Shown: piece after piece, positions 1-13,491 of the stretch
How positions within the stretch are numbered: the first letter of the stretch is position 1
Layout of the letters: each line of letters begins with the position of its first letter
Origin: Eledone cirrhosa
Taxonomy: Eukaryota
Assembly: GCA_964016885.1 (NCBI GenBank)
Contig: OZ024743.1
Span: 361,522,001 to 361,586,000 of the forward strand
DNA length: 64,000 nucleotides
Direction of reading: 5' to 3'
The notes under the pieces: model-generated
The model's database searches: none
What the model was told of the DNA's origin: nothing
Seen by the model: the letters and a program-made list of their open reading frames with translations, nothing else
Program-made: the position numbers and the translations under genes

Positions 1-335
<335 letters not shown>

Positions 336-744
336 TTCAACTGCGCATGTGTGGATAAGAGTGAACGCTTATGATTAATATATAAGCACATGGACATAAA
401 ATGAATGCCAATATATGTTGAATAAAATGAATGCCAATATATGTTGCATAAAATATAGATGTTATGTAAGTTTAACACACCTTGTCTCTCTATTCATTTA
501 TGTTATCTCACAATGTGTAACTACTCTCCGCTCTCATTGCACTGGAAACATGTATTAAGTAGCTTAACACACCAACCAGCACCCGTTGGTATCCAGACAC
601 AGCCCGGAAGATACAACATAACATATCACATACATACAAGCTTATATATATATATATATATAAATATATATGAATATATATATTTATAGATGTTTATGTG
701 TGTATATATATGTACGTTCGTATGTACGTCTACCTGAGTGCATT

Positions 745-804
<60 letters not shown>

Positions 805-808
<4 letters not shown>

Positions 809-915
809 GCTTTTTATTTTTGTCTTTTATAATATCAGTATATGCATACACATAAACACACGATCACATCAATACAGCACACACACACATAAATATAATA
901 TATATATATGTGAGA

Positions 916-958
<43 letters not shown>

Positions 959-960
959 CT

Positions 961-1026
<66 letters not shown>

Positions 1027-1114
1027 TTATGTGTGTGTGTGCTGTATTTATGCGATCGTGTGTTTATGTGTATGCATATACTGATATTATAAAAGACAAA
1101 AATAAAAAGCACAA
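805..1114. repeat. Inverted repeat with about 95 bp arms around a TA-rich centre
   Basis: TTGTGCTTTTTATTTTTGTCTTTTATAATATCAG... at 805 mirrors ...CTGATATTATAAAAGACAAAAATAAAAAGCACAA ending at 1114. The left end abuts (TA)n. Confidence 0.85.
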
Positions 1115-1492
1115 TATATTTTACTTATAGTTTGAGTATATACTATTTAAACAGGATTTGATTCAATACGTCACAAACTCTTTTACACATAATATATCCT
1201 TTGAAAATCTTTCTATTACCTACGTTGCAATATTTTCCACTGAATCATTGATGTGTCAGTATTAAAATTCTAAGTAGAAGGTAAGATGAGCTTTGCATTA
1301 TAAATATGGTATGATGTGAGATTCCTCACCTACTCTAACATGAAACAAGTAAATCAATGTAAACATTAGATTTGGGGATTAAAAATTATAAAGAGATGTT
1401 ATGGATATATTTCGCAAAATCTCATTGTTTGCAAATATTTTAGGATTATAATTGAGTGCAAATATTGTTTCTATCTCTCTCTCTCTCTCTTT

Positions 1493-1535
<43 letters not shown>

Positions 1536-1553
1536 TATATATACATATATATA

Positions 1554-1600
<47 letters not shown>

Positions 1601-1603
<3 letters not shown>

Positions 1604-1883
1604 AGCAAATTATAAATGTAAACATGTAAGTATGTTTTTGAAACGGTGCGCGAGTTTGAAATTATAAATTATAAATTATAAGCTTTCACCGTATTTTAGA
1701 CTAAAGAAATTTCTAGACTTATAGTGGGGTTTATAACCCTCGGAGAAATGGAAAAAGATGAGTGTTGCGGTACATTGCTCCCATGTACGGCAACACTCAT
1801 CTTTTTCCATTTCTCCGAGGGTTATAAACCCCACTATCAGGCTAGAAATTTCTTTAGTCTAAAATACGGTGAAAGCTTATAAT
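1601..1883. mobile_element. Tailed mini-palindrome in (TA)n
   Basis: Arms at 1675-1775 and 1783-1883, an unpaired left segment at 1601-1674, and (TA)n on both sides. No clear HHR core was found. Confidence 0.7.
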
Positions 1884-2010
1884 ATATATATATATATATT
1901 GGTAAACGGAAAAGAAAATGCTGAAAAATTGTTCACAGTGAAAAATAGTTTAATTAGGAATAAGTGAGAATTAGTAATAGTATTGGTTAGTATTCAGTTT
2001 TGGTTTTAAG

Positions 2011-2047
2011 TTTTACCGGTTGCGCATTTCTAATGCTTTTCAAAAAT
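2011..2047 (-). ncRNA. Degenerate hammerhead motif in a solo pLTR
   Basis: The minus strand reads TTGAAAA-GCATT-AGA-AATGC-GCAA-CCGGT-A. This is the same layout as 18008-18045, but GAAA is mutated to GCAA. Confidence 0.45.
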
Positions 2048-2230
2048 AATTTTGAGATAGAGCGTCCGTGATGTTTGCTCTAATATATATATATATAAAT
2101 TTTTTTATAGTTCTGGTATCTCGAATTAGTACCATAGAACAACAATTATATTATAGACACCCTATATATCTCTATGGGTACTTAGTACTCAGTGAGATAT
2201 TTACCTCATTTATATATATATATATATATA

Positions 2231-2912
2231 TAAATTAGCGAGAATCGTTTTCAGCTCAGGAATTAACGAAAATCAACGTCCGATATGTGTGGCAAGCGCT
2301 CGATGATTCATGTGAATCAGAGCTACAACATACGTTAAGGGCCAAACACACTGAGATGATGGTTAAACATATCATCCGCACAGCCAAAACAAACGACCAA
2401 GTAATTCGGGTCAAACAATAAAAATATATGTGTTGATACTTTCCGCCTACATAAATAATGTTGGGCTTCTGGTGAGATGATGAACAAGGAAGTCGTGTTA
2501 TCAACGGGTTTTGCTCCAAAATGCTATAGATAGTGTGGCTATTACTAACCCCACGTGGAGTTCAGCAAGGGAGGCAACACCTCTATTATGCGAATGATTC
2601 AGTTGTGTATAATATTGCGAGAATGCAAAGTATCACAAATCGAATAAAGCTCTCGGCCGAATGGTTCAATATAACAGAGCTATTCAACAGTCAATAGAAG
2701 TAACTAAAAAAATCAATAAAATTAACTGCTCAATAGCTAGACTCTGGAGATTAATACAAATATAAATTAGCGAGAATCGTTTTCAGCTCAGGAATTAACG
2801 AAAATCAACGTCCGATATGTGTGGCAAGCGCTCGATGATTCATGTGAATCGGAGCTACAACATACGTTAAGGGCCTAACACACTGAGATGATGGTTAAAC
2901 ATATCATCCGCA
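2231..2912 (-). mobile_element. Non-coding element with about 150 bp direct terminal repeats (retrozyme/non-autonomous PLE-like)
   Basis: 2231-2380 is repeated at 2763-2912 (532 bp period). It is homologous to 57806-58560, and its left end fuses with (TA)n. Confidence 0.7.
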
Positions 2913-4165
2913 TGTTTGGTTACTCCGGAGTAATGTAAAATAAAATAAAATAAATAAGTCAAATGTTTAAAATTTGGCTTCCTTTATTACTGCTATATAT
3001 ATTTCGGTGACAGCCATCTTTGGCTGTGACCTCTTCAGGCAGTCCGAATTAGTGTGGTAGAGACGAGTACACATGTTGTTGAGGTGTATAACTTTGTCAA
3101 TACTCTGATATGCCCAGTTCCTGGTTGGGTTGTTATTTCACTGAGGAACTGGAATCATATGAATTCAAACCAACGAATTTCAGCGTCAAAGGGCCTCTTC
3201 TCCTCACATTGGTCAGTTGTTAGAACATTCCTCAGTCAAAAGTCTATAGAAATTCGTTCTGAGGCAAGCCAATCTGTAGTTGTTGTTCTTGTTATTGTTA
3301 GGTACATCTTACCTCTATTCTTATGTTGGTAGTGGTGTTGTTGGCGTCACCTAAAAAAAAAGGGATAAAGTGGTAGAAGGAATAAGATGGTAAAGGAATA
3401 AAATAAAATAATCGAATAAAATGTGTGTGTATTATACACATCTCAATGTTATAAGGATTTGTAAGGTCACTCTTCCCACTGGTCTGTTTTGAGAGCATTC
3501 CTCAGTCCAAAGTCTATAGAAATTCTTTCTGGGGTGAGGCTCCCTGTAGTGTTTCTGTTTGATATTGTTAAGTACATCTGACCTCTACCCTTATTTTGGT
3601 AGTGTTGTTGGTGTTGTGGTCAGCTTATGTCTTGCTGCTGCTGACAATTTAGAAGTATCTGTGTATGTGTTTCTTCATCCCTCCTGCCACCATCTTTCGT
3701 GGTGTGTGTGTGTGTGTGGGGGGGGGGGGTATGCCATGTATATGAGGAAATAGAAGGCAATGAAATGAAGAAAACAGAAAATAAATAATAAATAGAGAAT
3801 AAATGGAAAATTAATGAAAAAGTAATGAAAAAGTAATGAAAAATGAATATGGAAAATGAAAAATGAAAAATAAAAGTGAAAAATAAAAAGGAAGATTCAA
3901 ATAAAATAAGATAAAATGTGTGTGTGCTATAAGCAATCTCAAGGTCAGAAATATGTTGGATAAAGTGGTAGGAGGAACAAGATGGTAAAAGAATAAAACG
4001 AAATAGGATAATCAAATAAAATGTGTGTGTTATAACCAATCTCAACTTAAATATCAATATAAGGTGATAAAGTGAAGAAAACAGAAAACAAATAACAAAT
4101 TAATAATGATAAATCAAAAATGAAAAATGAAAAATCAAGTAAATTAAAATATGTGTGTGTTATAA
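2913..4165 (-). mobile_element. Probable PLE 3' region (HHR plus low-complexity UTR with internal duplications)
   Basis: Carries the HHR at 2989-3043. Internal duplications occur at about 3226-3345 vs 3497-3620 and about 3363-3450 vs 3958-4045. Confidence 0.45.
2989..3043 (-). ncRNA. Type I hammerhead ribozyme
   Basis: Minus strand: ACTGC-CTGAAGA-GGTCACAGCCA-AAGA-TGGCTGTCACC-GAA-ATATATAT-A-GCAGT. It has a 5 bp stem I, a stem II hairpin, a palindromic stem III and an AUA cleavage triplet. Confidence 0.85.
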
Positions 4166-4174
4166 AGATGTTGG

Positions 4175-4288
4175 CCAAATTTTTCATTCTCAATACTATG
4201 ATATACACACACATACACCCCCATATATATATATATATGGGGGTGTATGTGTGTGTATATCATGGTATTGAGAATGAAATAGTTGGCA
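4175..4288. repeat. Palindrome centred on a short (TA)n
   Basis: CATTCTCAATACTATGATATACACACACATACACCCCC-(AT)n-GGGGGTGTATGTGTGTGTATATCATGGTATTGAGAATG. Confidence 0.85.
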
Positions 4289-5023
4289 TTGACGGCCAAT
4301 AATAATCATGATATATTACAATACGCGCCTAACTAATTTGGTTTCTCTTCTCATATTTAAATTGGAATTTATTTACAGATGGCAATATACTTCAAATACA
4401 TCCATGAAACCTTACACTAGAAATTTGCTTCACAAGCATTTAGTTAACCCAATTATGCGGCATATTATGCAGCACAATCTGGCGTTTCCAATGCATTATG
4501 AATGAAATTATGAAGCCCTAAACGGAAACACCACTTTGGAAGGAATCATCTCTTATCTCTTGAAAGTATGTCTTTCTCAGAGAAGGATACTCTGGTGTAA
4601 AATATTGAAGATTTTCTTGTTTCTGATACTTCCAAAATATAATAAACTAAGAGGTAGACGTACTATTTGAAAGATCAGTGCAAATATATACACGTTTCAT
4701 ATGCGACGCACATAAACCTCCTATATGCAAATCAAATATGGATCGTTAAACAAAGGTGATCCGTGTCGTTGTGGCAGTCGGGATATTATACGTGTATGTG
4801 ACGATAAAACAGCACCTCTTACATATTTTCATCACTTGAGACCGGACAATATTGATATAGAGCATATAGGTGTTATAGAAATTCTCCGGTTGTTGGCGTG
4901 GCTGCGTACTCTTTCACTAATTCTCTTTACGAATTAAAATTCTCGCTTAGATTTGACGGAAATAACTTGATGACCACACACACATACATACGCACACATA
5001 TTTATATATATATATATTTCCAT

Positions 5024-5922
5024 CTAGCAGTGGTACCCGGTGTTGCACGGGCTAAGGTATTTTGGAACGCGGGCCGCCAACAGACCTAATCGTGGAAAAA
5101 CTGCATGCCTGAACAATATGTAAAGAAAATAAACCGAATACTCTGATGGCTGGATAATCTTTAAGATTTTCCTCGATGAAGAAGGAAAAATGCAGGTTTT
5201 CACCTAGGGGATCATAAAATAAATTTTTGTTTATGTGCATAATATGCCTTGAAATTTCAGGAAAATCGGCTAGACGTAACGCCTCCAAAAAGCCCTAAAA
5301 AGCTGAAAAAAGTATGTTTTTCACCTAATGCGAGCCCTAGGCCATAAAAAAGTTGCATTTTCTTTCCTCACGGTATGAAGAAGAGACTGACTAATACAAA
5401 GTTACAATTTCAAAGAAATCGGTCTGACGTAACACCTAAAAAAAAACCCCTAAAACGATTTAAAACGCAGTTTTTCACCTAATGAGATCAAAAACACTCC
5501 CTAAAACATAGGTAATACACATGTAAAGTTTGAAAAAATCGGTTGTGTATTTCTCGAGTTTTAGGGATTCAAACTCACACACATACACACACACACATAC
5601 ACACACACACAGACAGACATCCTCAGGGAAGTGACGTAATGCAGACAGCCAGACATACAGACAGATATTATAAGGGCGCGACGTTATATGTATATATCTA
5701 TCTAAAAAGAGAAAGACTAAGAATTATAGAGAGAATCGTTAAATCGCCTAATGCGGTCCCCAGGTCATCGAACATTTGAAGTTTTTTTGCTCAGAACAAT
5801 CCCTGAAACATAAGTATTGCATGTGTAAAAAGGCTGAAAACAGTCGGTTGGGTGCTTTTCGAGTTTTAGGTATTCAAACTCACACACACACAGATAGACA
5901 TCCTCAGTTTTATATATATAGA
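5024..5922 (-). mobile_element. Non-autonomous Helitron-like element
   Basis: The minus strand starts TCTATATATATAAAA and ends CTAG, with the subterminal hairpin CCCGGTGTTGCACGGG. It has an internal (CA/CAGA)n tract and a duplicated segment (about 5530-5625 vs 5820-5907). Confidence 0.6.
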
Positions 5923-5924
5923 TA

Positions 5925-6345
5925 AGAGTCACAGAGGATGGATCCATATATACACTGAATTTTACAAGCGGATGCTTGAAGAGACATTGTAGTGTACTAT
6001 GATAGTGTCCTTCCCTGCGGAGACAAAATGGCCTATATACAGAATGGGATCTCCCGGATACGTAACATATGCAGCGAGGGCAGCGACAAACATGCCAGAG
6101 AGTTCTCACCAACGACGACTACCCTACATCTCTCAGCAAACACCGATATAGCAAGGCAGAGACACTTTAAAAAATAAAAGGGATACACACACCTAGAGTT
6201 CATATATGCGACCTGAAGTTGCCACATTTCAATGAAAAGATGACCACAGCCATCAAACAACTCATATGAAGAGTGGACGTGAAAATACAGCTGGCCCTCA
6301 CGGGACCTTGTCTGGGGAGACTACGCTGTAGACACCGACCTGCAT
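5925..6345 (+). pseudogene. Degenerate PLE RT thumb fragment related to the 41352-43856 element
   Basis: Translates to RVTEDGSIYT..YYDSVLPCGDKMAYIQN..LKLPHFNEKMTTAIKQLI*RVDVKIQLALTGP, compared with RVTEEGNIHT..HFRSALPLGAKFGYIKN..LKLPHFSEETTTAIRRAIRREGLDIQLAHSGP. Confidence 0.8.
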
Positions 6346-6379
6346 ACAACGATATGTGCACACATTCTTATTCTACCAT

Positions 6380-6960
6380 CAACTATACAGACGTGTGCAT
6401 AAGAGCATATGTAAAAATGTAACGTCTAGTACGTCGAAAGTGCCTTCCGCATGCTGCACATACAGATGAGGGAGCACATGGCGCCACAGAGGGACAGAAA
6501 GAAATGTGGGAAACTTCAGTTTTACAGAGGCAAATATCATCAAGAAAAGCAATACAGATAAATTATAGAGTAGAAATGGACAAAGCAGATTCGCTATTAT
6601 TACCATGTCACGCATATGTCTTTCAGACACGTAGAACAAATCTATCGTTTTTCTTTGGAACTATTTCTTGCAGAGATTATGTAATAGTACATGCCTTAAC
6701 TCAAGTGCCAATTTTTTTAATCGCTGCCACCATGCTTTGAAATATCTGTTACATAACTGGAAAGACCCGGGATAACCATAAATCTTATCTGGAATGAGCT
6801 AACTCAAACAAGAAATTGTATCCTCTACACCAGACTAAGTTAAGTTGTCTCCCATATATCAACAAATATCGCCAGTAATCGCGCAGAATCCAGTCATCTC
6901 ATATGCACATTCGTTCTCACCGCAGCCAAACACGGGATGAAAATCTACTTGGTGGAACGC
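6380..6960 (-). pseudogene. Possible highly decayed Helitron PIF1-like helicase fragment
   Basis: Scattered motifs in the expected order (RTNVHM, SRVFP, KKND, FPTFL, LCTRL). The match is weak. Confidence 0.3.
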
Positions 6961-7798
6961 ACGTCCTTGAATGGATATGCTTGATGTGGTCACTAACTAT
7001 AATTTCCGCTAACATTCTGGCCCTTTCAAAAAGAATTTAGCACACATTAAAAAATGTACGTCTTCCACTAACATCAATAGGGAAGCCAAGCACCTAGTCT
7101 CCACCATTAATTTCGATAAGAAATTGCAATGTATAGCTAAGCCTGAGGCTCTTTTAACCCTTAAGGATTATAAAGCCGACTTTGCTACTAAACACACTTG
7201 TAGACTGTTGAACCTTCATAATAAAACGCGTAAACTAGCTAGCAAATTTACTGACCTATCTAGACATGAAATCGATAGAGTTACTTCTGCTAGATGTCGA
7301 ATTATCAATTTTAAAGATAAGTATTGAACTACGAAATATTGACCTCACTATGATATGAGACATAGAGATTCTGCGCAGGTTGGATTATTTATATAATATA
7401 AATTTAACGTTTAATTCCCTCGTGTACAAGATGAACTATACAGAGACGATGCGTTAGTTACCCTTAATAAATTTAACTCTTAATTAGAAAAAATGAGGAA
7501 AATCGAACATAAATTTTCTAAAGATTATGGTCAAACTATTATTATTGATAGAAGTTCGAAAAGTGTTAAATTTTTAGACGTTGCTATAGAAGTAGATGCA
7601 TTAACATGAAGCGGGAGAACATCTTTACTGAGCACATAGTCATTCAAATTACCATAGGGGTACAAATAATATAGTAGGGAATATTATTTCCAATGGAAAT
7701 CTAGATTGTCCGCTAATATAGATATTTTAAATCAAAGTGTTGACTATTATAATGAAGAATTTGCTAGATCTGGATAAAATTACATTTTTTCCGGGTAA

Positions 7799-7983
7799 AA
7801 ATAATTGTTTCTACTTTTGGCACAAGGCCAGCAATTATCCCAGTGCATTACTGGTACTTTATTTTATCGACCCCGTAAGGATGAAAGGCGAAGTTAACCT
7901 TGGCGGGACTTGAACTCAGAGCATAAAGGGAAGTAACTATATGCTTCAAAGCATGGTGTCCGTCCCTCTACCGATACTGCCAA
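7799..7983 (-). mobile_element. tRNA-derived SINE with Meta-like core
   Basis: B-box GAGTTCAA, core GCCTTTCATCCTTACGGGGTCGATAAAATAAAGTACCAG, and an (ATT)-type tail. More than 10 copies occur in the window. Confidence 0.85.
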
Positions 7984-8064
7984 GTAAAAATAAGGATTTA
8001 AGAACTGACTTCCGTAATACAGACACCATTAGGAGTAGGAATAAAGAGAAGCCTAATAAAATAT

Positions 8065-8281
8065 AATAATTGTTTCTAATTTTGTCACAAGGCCAGCAAT
8101 TATCCCAAAGCATTAGTGGTACTTTATTTGATCGACCTCGTAAGGATGAAAGGCAAAGTTAACCACGGTGGGATTTGAACTCAGATTGTAAAGGGCCGTA
8201 ACTCTATGTCGCAAAGGGCCGTAACTCTATGCTGCAAATCATGGCGTCCAACCCTCTACCGATACTGCCAATCCAGTACCC
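8065..8281 (-). mobile_element. tRNA-derived SINE (same family)
   Basis: Same core, with a short internal duplication of AAAGGGCCGTAACTCTATG. Confidence 0.85.
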
Positions 8282-9541
8282 TAAAATCTAATAATATTGG
8301 ATCATCTGACAAAAAAATAATCATATAAAATATCGTAACAGTTGACCAAACAGTGTTCCAAGATAGTAACCTGAGCAAATGAATATGCTCTATATAAGGA
8401 ACATTAAATGTTAGATCCCCGTTGTTTAAAACTAATAAGGAAAAACATACTTTAGATAATACTGTTAATCTGAAATAGCACACCTTTGAAAATAATAAGA
8501 TACACCAACCATTGTTTAATCAAAACCTATGGAGACGACAAATTCTTGGTATAATCCAAGTAGCATTTAATATGCTTTAGCTATGCTTTGAAATCATTAA
8601 AACGATTTTTCCATCATACCATGAGGTAATAAATAAAAAAAATTCAGTTAGGCATTCTTTCTCTACTATACCTTCACTTACCAGATTATATAGCTCGGGA
8701 AAAGTAATACGCATATCTCTAACATAAAGAAAAGCATAAACATCACACTATTCCATCCAAAAATCTAGTGAAAGAAGCTTCAATTATAAATAGTAAATCT
8801 AATGATTATTTGGGCACTAAGTATAATTTAAATTATTATGTCCATTGAGATAAAGGATCGCCTATATCCCCGAATAACAAAGTTGAGCGTAATTATAGAG
8901 TATATAAAATGTGACCTCTTAATATTCTCAGGGAAACATGCTCCATTTTTTTCCTTTCTCTTATTTCTTCTCTTCATATACTTTATAAATCATAAAGTAG
9001 ATTCTATATTTCTTACCTTCCCTTTCACTCGCTCTTTCTATATGATATTTTCCACACATTAGCCTTCACTTTTTCTTTCTTTGTGGCTCCCATCATTCTT
9101 TAATGTAATTTAATTTCTTCTAAACATTTCAGTTATTTTAATGGTGGTGCCCCAGCATGACATCAGCCTTTCGGCTGGAACACGTAATAGAATAATAGAA
9201 TATCGTTTTCCTCATCTTAAACATGAACTTGTTTTAATTTAACGATGTTATGATAGAGTGATCTCTTTCAGGCATCATTGTGATATTGTGATTCCCAGTC
9301 GCTTTTCTAAGGAGATTTGCTTTACCTACAATACTTTTTAATGTCTCTGAAGATACACATGAGATAGAAAATGTGTTAGAATAAGTTTTGGTTTTATGCT
9401 AGGATCATAGTATTTAGATTTTCTTCTATACATTGGAATACAGATAAATTGGAACATCTATCAGACAATTTCTTCGTCTTCATTTGTTGAAATGCATGTA
9501 AGCCGGATAAAGATGTCTTAAAGATGACGGAATTTGTGGAT

Positions 9542-9670
<129 letters not shown>

Positions 9671-10219
9671 ATGTGTGTGTTTATGTGCGTGTGCGTGCGT
9701 GTGTGAGTGTGCGTGTCTGAATGTTTATGTGAGTTCATGCGAGGTGAGGCAGAAATATTTCGGAAAATGAGTTCAGGTAAGAACTTTACAACACACCCGC
9801 GTATAAATATAATACACGCTCTTATACACATTTTCTTTTTCATGACATTGTCCTCATTCTACATCCATTATGCTCACTCTAATCATTCTCGTGTCGTGTT
9901 TACAGGAAGCAGACTGTATTCATGAATGGACTCAAATAAGGGTTCTGGAATATGATGTATGTTTATTAATTGCAAATTTGTAATTTTTTTCAAAATATAT
10001 TTAAAATAAAATAAACATTAAAAGATTATCCCAGAACGTTCTTCTTAGAAGTTATACATTATGTTGTCAATATTGTTAATCAAATACTCTGCAAACAAAG
10101 GTGAGCTTAAAATAACATAATATCAAATCAAGCAGAAACGCAAATAAAGCACACAAACACACACAAATTAAAAACGAAACGAAAATAATAACTTCGTTAA
10201 TATAAAAAAGAATTCGACA

Positions 10220-10660
10220 ACAAAGATAATAGCAGCAACAACAATGTAAACAAAGCAACACGTCATTAGCAAAAACAGCAGAAACAACAACAAACAACAA
10301 CAGCTGCAACAGCAAATCAGAGTAATCATCTAAGGCTACACCAACAAATGTAACGGAATAATGAAATTCATCATCATCATTATCGTCGTCGTACTCGTCA
10401 TCATCATCATCATCATCATTGTCACCACCATCATTATCATTATCACGACAACGACGACAATTACCACCCAATGACAACCACCGCCACCGAAAACAACAAC
10501 ATTGTCCTGTTACCCCATCATCATCATTATCATCATAATTTCGCGTTCTAGGCATTCTAATCAACATCATTATCATTCTTATTCATTATTGTTATTATTC
10601 GCTTTCTCCCCATCTCACACCTTCTTCTCCTCATCATCATGATCACCATTAGCATCAGCT
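10220..10660. repeat. Degenerate (CAA)n/(CAT)n trinucleotide low-complexity tract
   Basis: Directly visible. Confidence 0.85.
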
Positions 10661-11340
10661 TTGACTACAGCCACATCCTCTTTAAAAAATCTTTTTCTTT
10701 AGACATTCCACTAGTTATTTCCTCATATCTTAACTGTTGTCTTTGAAATAAAGATGACATCACGAAGTAATCAGTTTTATCAATGGCTGAGAAAGAATTA
10801 ACAACCGAAGTGTAAAACACGAAGAATAATATAAAACGAAATATTTAGAAAAAAATTCATTCACAATTTTCCATTGGGATTCTCTAAGAATCTTGATTAA
10901 CATGAGAAAGAAACGTTGTTTTAGCCACAATATCTCCTGGAGAGAAAATAATACTCCCCAAAATATGTGTTGATGATTTTCAACTTAAAAGTTGGAATCA
11001 AATGATAAAATCACGAAGGAATGTTTATATAGGCTCATATTTTAGAGTATGTTAATATAAAATGTTAATATTTATATAAATCTTTATTTAGACTTCATAA
11101 TGCACAATTAAATGTAAAATAACAAAAGCGATCAAAGTAAAAATAAATAACAAACTCTACACTTTCGATCAAATAATATATCTCAATGTCACGCAGGAGA
11201 TAAAACAGCCACATTCCAGAACACGGGCTTCTTCTTTAGAGTGATGCCCTCATATTTATTTGGCGGAAAAATATGATAGTATTTTATCAACGGCACCAGT
11301 TGTCTCGGTCGCAACAGACACAAATTGTTAGTACCCATTA

Positions 11341-11444
11341 ATTATTTCTACTTTTGGCACAAGGCCAGCAATTACCCAGTACATTACTGGTACTTTATTT
11401 TATCGACCCCATAAGGATGAAAGGCAAAGTTAACTTCGGCGGGG
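11341..11444 (-). mobile_element. SINE 3' half (same family)
   Basis: Core and tail only. Confidence 0.8.
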
Positions 11445-11599
11445 ACATGTAATCACCTGTTGCACCTGCCAAAGTTTATAGGGAAATTATAATAAAATTA
11501 TAAGAAAAATACTTGCATTTAATTAACTTATTGATTAGTTTCTAAAGAAAAAACACATGTTAAAGAATATTTAATGCCATTCCAAACATATTAGAAACA

Positions 11600-13370
11600 A
11601 AACTGGAATAAATAGAGTTAGGCATCTTATTGACGTTTTGAGTTCAAATCATACAGCGGACCATTTGGGTGACAGATTTAGTACGTCCAGTTTAACACAC
11701 CCATCTGGCTCAAGAGTATATGAAACGAAGTCCGATCTGTTGCATACAATAAAACCAGCTCTTCCCGTCATCCTTCATGTCACTGATTTACTACACACAT
11801 ATCAAAACTGCCTAACGGCTACATAATTAGATTTGTTTTAGAAGTTAAACAAACACAAAGTACACAAACACAAATTAATTAATGAGACATGCAACATGTT
11901 GAAAACCAATGGTGTTAATATACCCGTATCAACTGAATTAAATCTAAGACCTATTATAGCAGGCGCAACTTGCGAAATACACCACCAAAGCAATTACTTA
12001 TTGAAATCTCTCCTCAAACACATTCTATCAGATAATGTAAGCTAAAACACTAACTTGGTCCCTTTGGATGTTGTGATCCTATACAGAAACATTTCATACG
12101 ATTACGGAATCGAAGCCGTAAAATACTGTTTAGAGTCATTCCCTTATGAACTACCAGAACTCTTCAATAATAATTTCGTCGTATACGAACTTGAAGTCAT
12201 TGTAAAAAAAAAAACGTTATTGTTCAATTAAATAGTTTACCAACAGAAATCAGGGACAGCTATGGGGCAACAGTTGCGTCAACATAAGTCAAATTAGTCA
12301 CTGGACGCCGTGAATTAAAAAAAAAACAAATTATAAATTTAGGGGAATAACTTCGGTGACTACACGAAAAGAAGGAATAGGTACTTGGATGACTGCTTCA
12401 TATTGTGGGGGGAGAAGTTTGACCAACAAAAGAAATTCCAAACCCCCATCAATTATATAAACCAGAATATTTAATTCAATGAGGATTTTAGATATCCAAA
12501 TAACAAACAGAATCAACATTAGAAACGGACATATATTTCAAACATACTGACTCCCGACAATACCTCCTCTTTACATTTTCTCATTCATCAGATACCTGTA
12601 CCATCATCCCTTTTAACTTAGTCAATGTGTACGATAGTCTCAAACCCAGCAACCAGAGACCGCAGACTAGAAGAGATTAAACAAATACTTATCAAGAGAA
12701 AATGTCCTCAGAATTTAATCAACAATAGTATACAAAAGTAAGTCAAACCAGAAGCCGAACACTCCAAGAAACAAAAACAAAAGAAGAAAAAAGGTCATAC
12801 CATATATTTCAACTTCCAATCCAAAGAACAAAGAGATATACACACACATACAACTAAACATACCTATCTTACTAAAGGACAAGAAAATGAAAAACATCTT
12901 AAACCATCGCCCAATCATAAAAAGTAAACGACAAACAAAATCAATAAATACGATACTAAGGAATGTAAAACTGAAAAGTGTTACTAAAGAGCACGAAATA
13001 AAAACGTGCAATCGCCCTCACTGCAATCGCCCTCACTACCTGTTTCAGCGCAAAAAATTTAATTTCAGTGACGGCCCCATCATTAAAATTTTAAATGATT
13101 TCTCTTGCAACTCGGAGAATCTAATATATATTTATTGGACAAAACAAACACTTCATTCCAAATACGAATGAAGGTTCACCGTCAACAAATCGGGGACCCC
13201 TCGAGCAGAAAGATCACTGAAAGCCAACATATAAAGGAATGTGGAGGACGAATTCAGGTTAATTTTGATGTTTTCCCATTCTACTAGTGTAGTAAAAATT
13301 TCACTCAGGCAAAATGTATTATTAAAGAAAGATATTTCATAAGTAAATTCAAATCAAATCAATTTGACAC
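11600..13370 (+). pseudogene. Degenerate PLE (Neptune-like) RT plus GIY-YIG
   Basis: LRPIIAG (about 11945), LDVVILY, QQKSGTAMG (about 12241), RYLDDCF (about 12379), then CNRPHC, FSCNSENLIY and RMKVHRQQI. Frameshifted. Confidence 0.8.
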
Positions 13371-13426
13371 ATTTAAATATATACACGCACGCGCACATAT
13401 ATAATGTGTGTTTATATATATACAAT

Positions 13427-13491
<65 letters not shown>

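Larger units (their letters stand above)
7070..8700 (+). pseudogene. Degenerate Naiad-type PLE RT, interrupted by two SINEs
   Basis: NINREAKHLVSTINFDKKLQCIAKPEALLTLKDYKADF..CRLLN aligns with the 24249-26617 ORF. YRDDAL occurs near 7438. There are many stops and frameshifts. Confidence 0.75.

Noticed and set aside
9347-9385. Hammerhead-like CTGAAGA-TACACAT...ATGTGT-AGAAT
   Set aside because: The GAAA core and stems I/III are not intact. At most it is a decayed HHR of the upstream PLE relic.
10076-10576. 166 aa Asp/Cys-rich ORF
   Set aside because: It is a product of (CAT)/(CAA) trinucleotide repeats.
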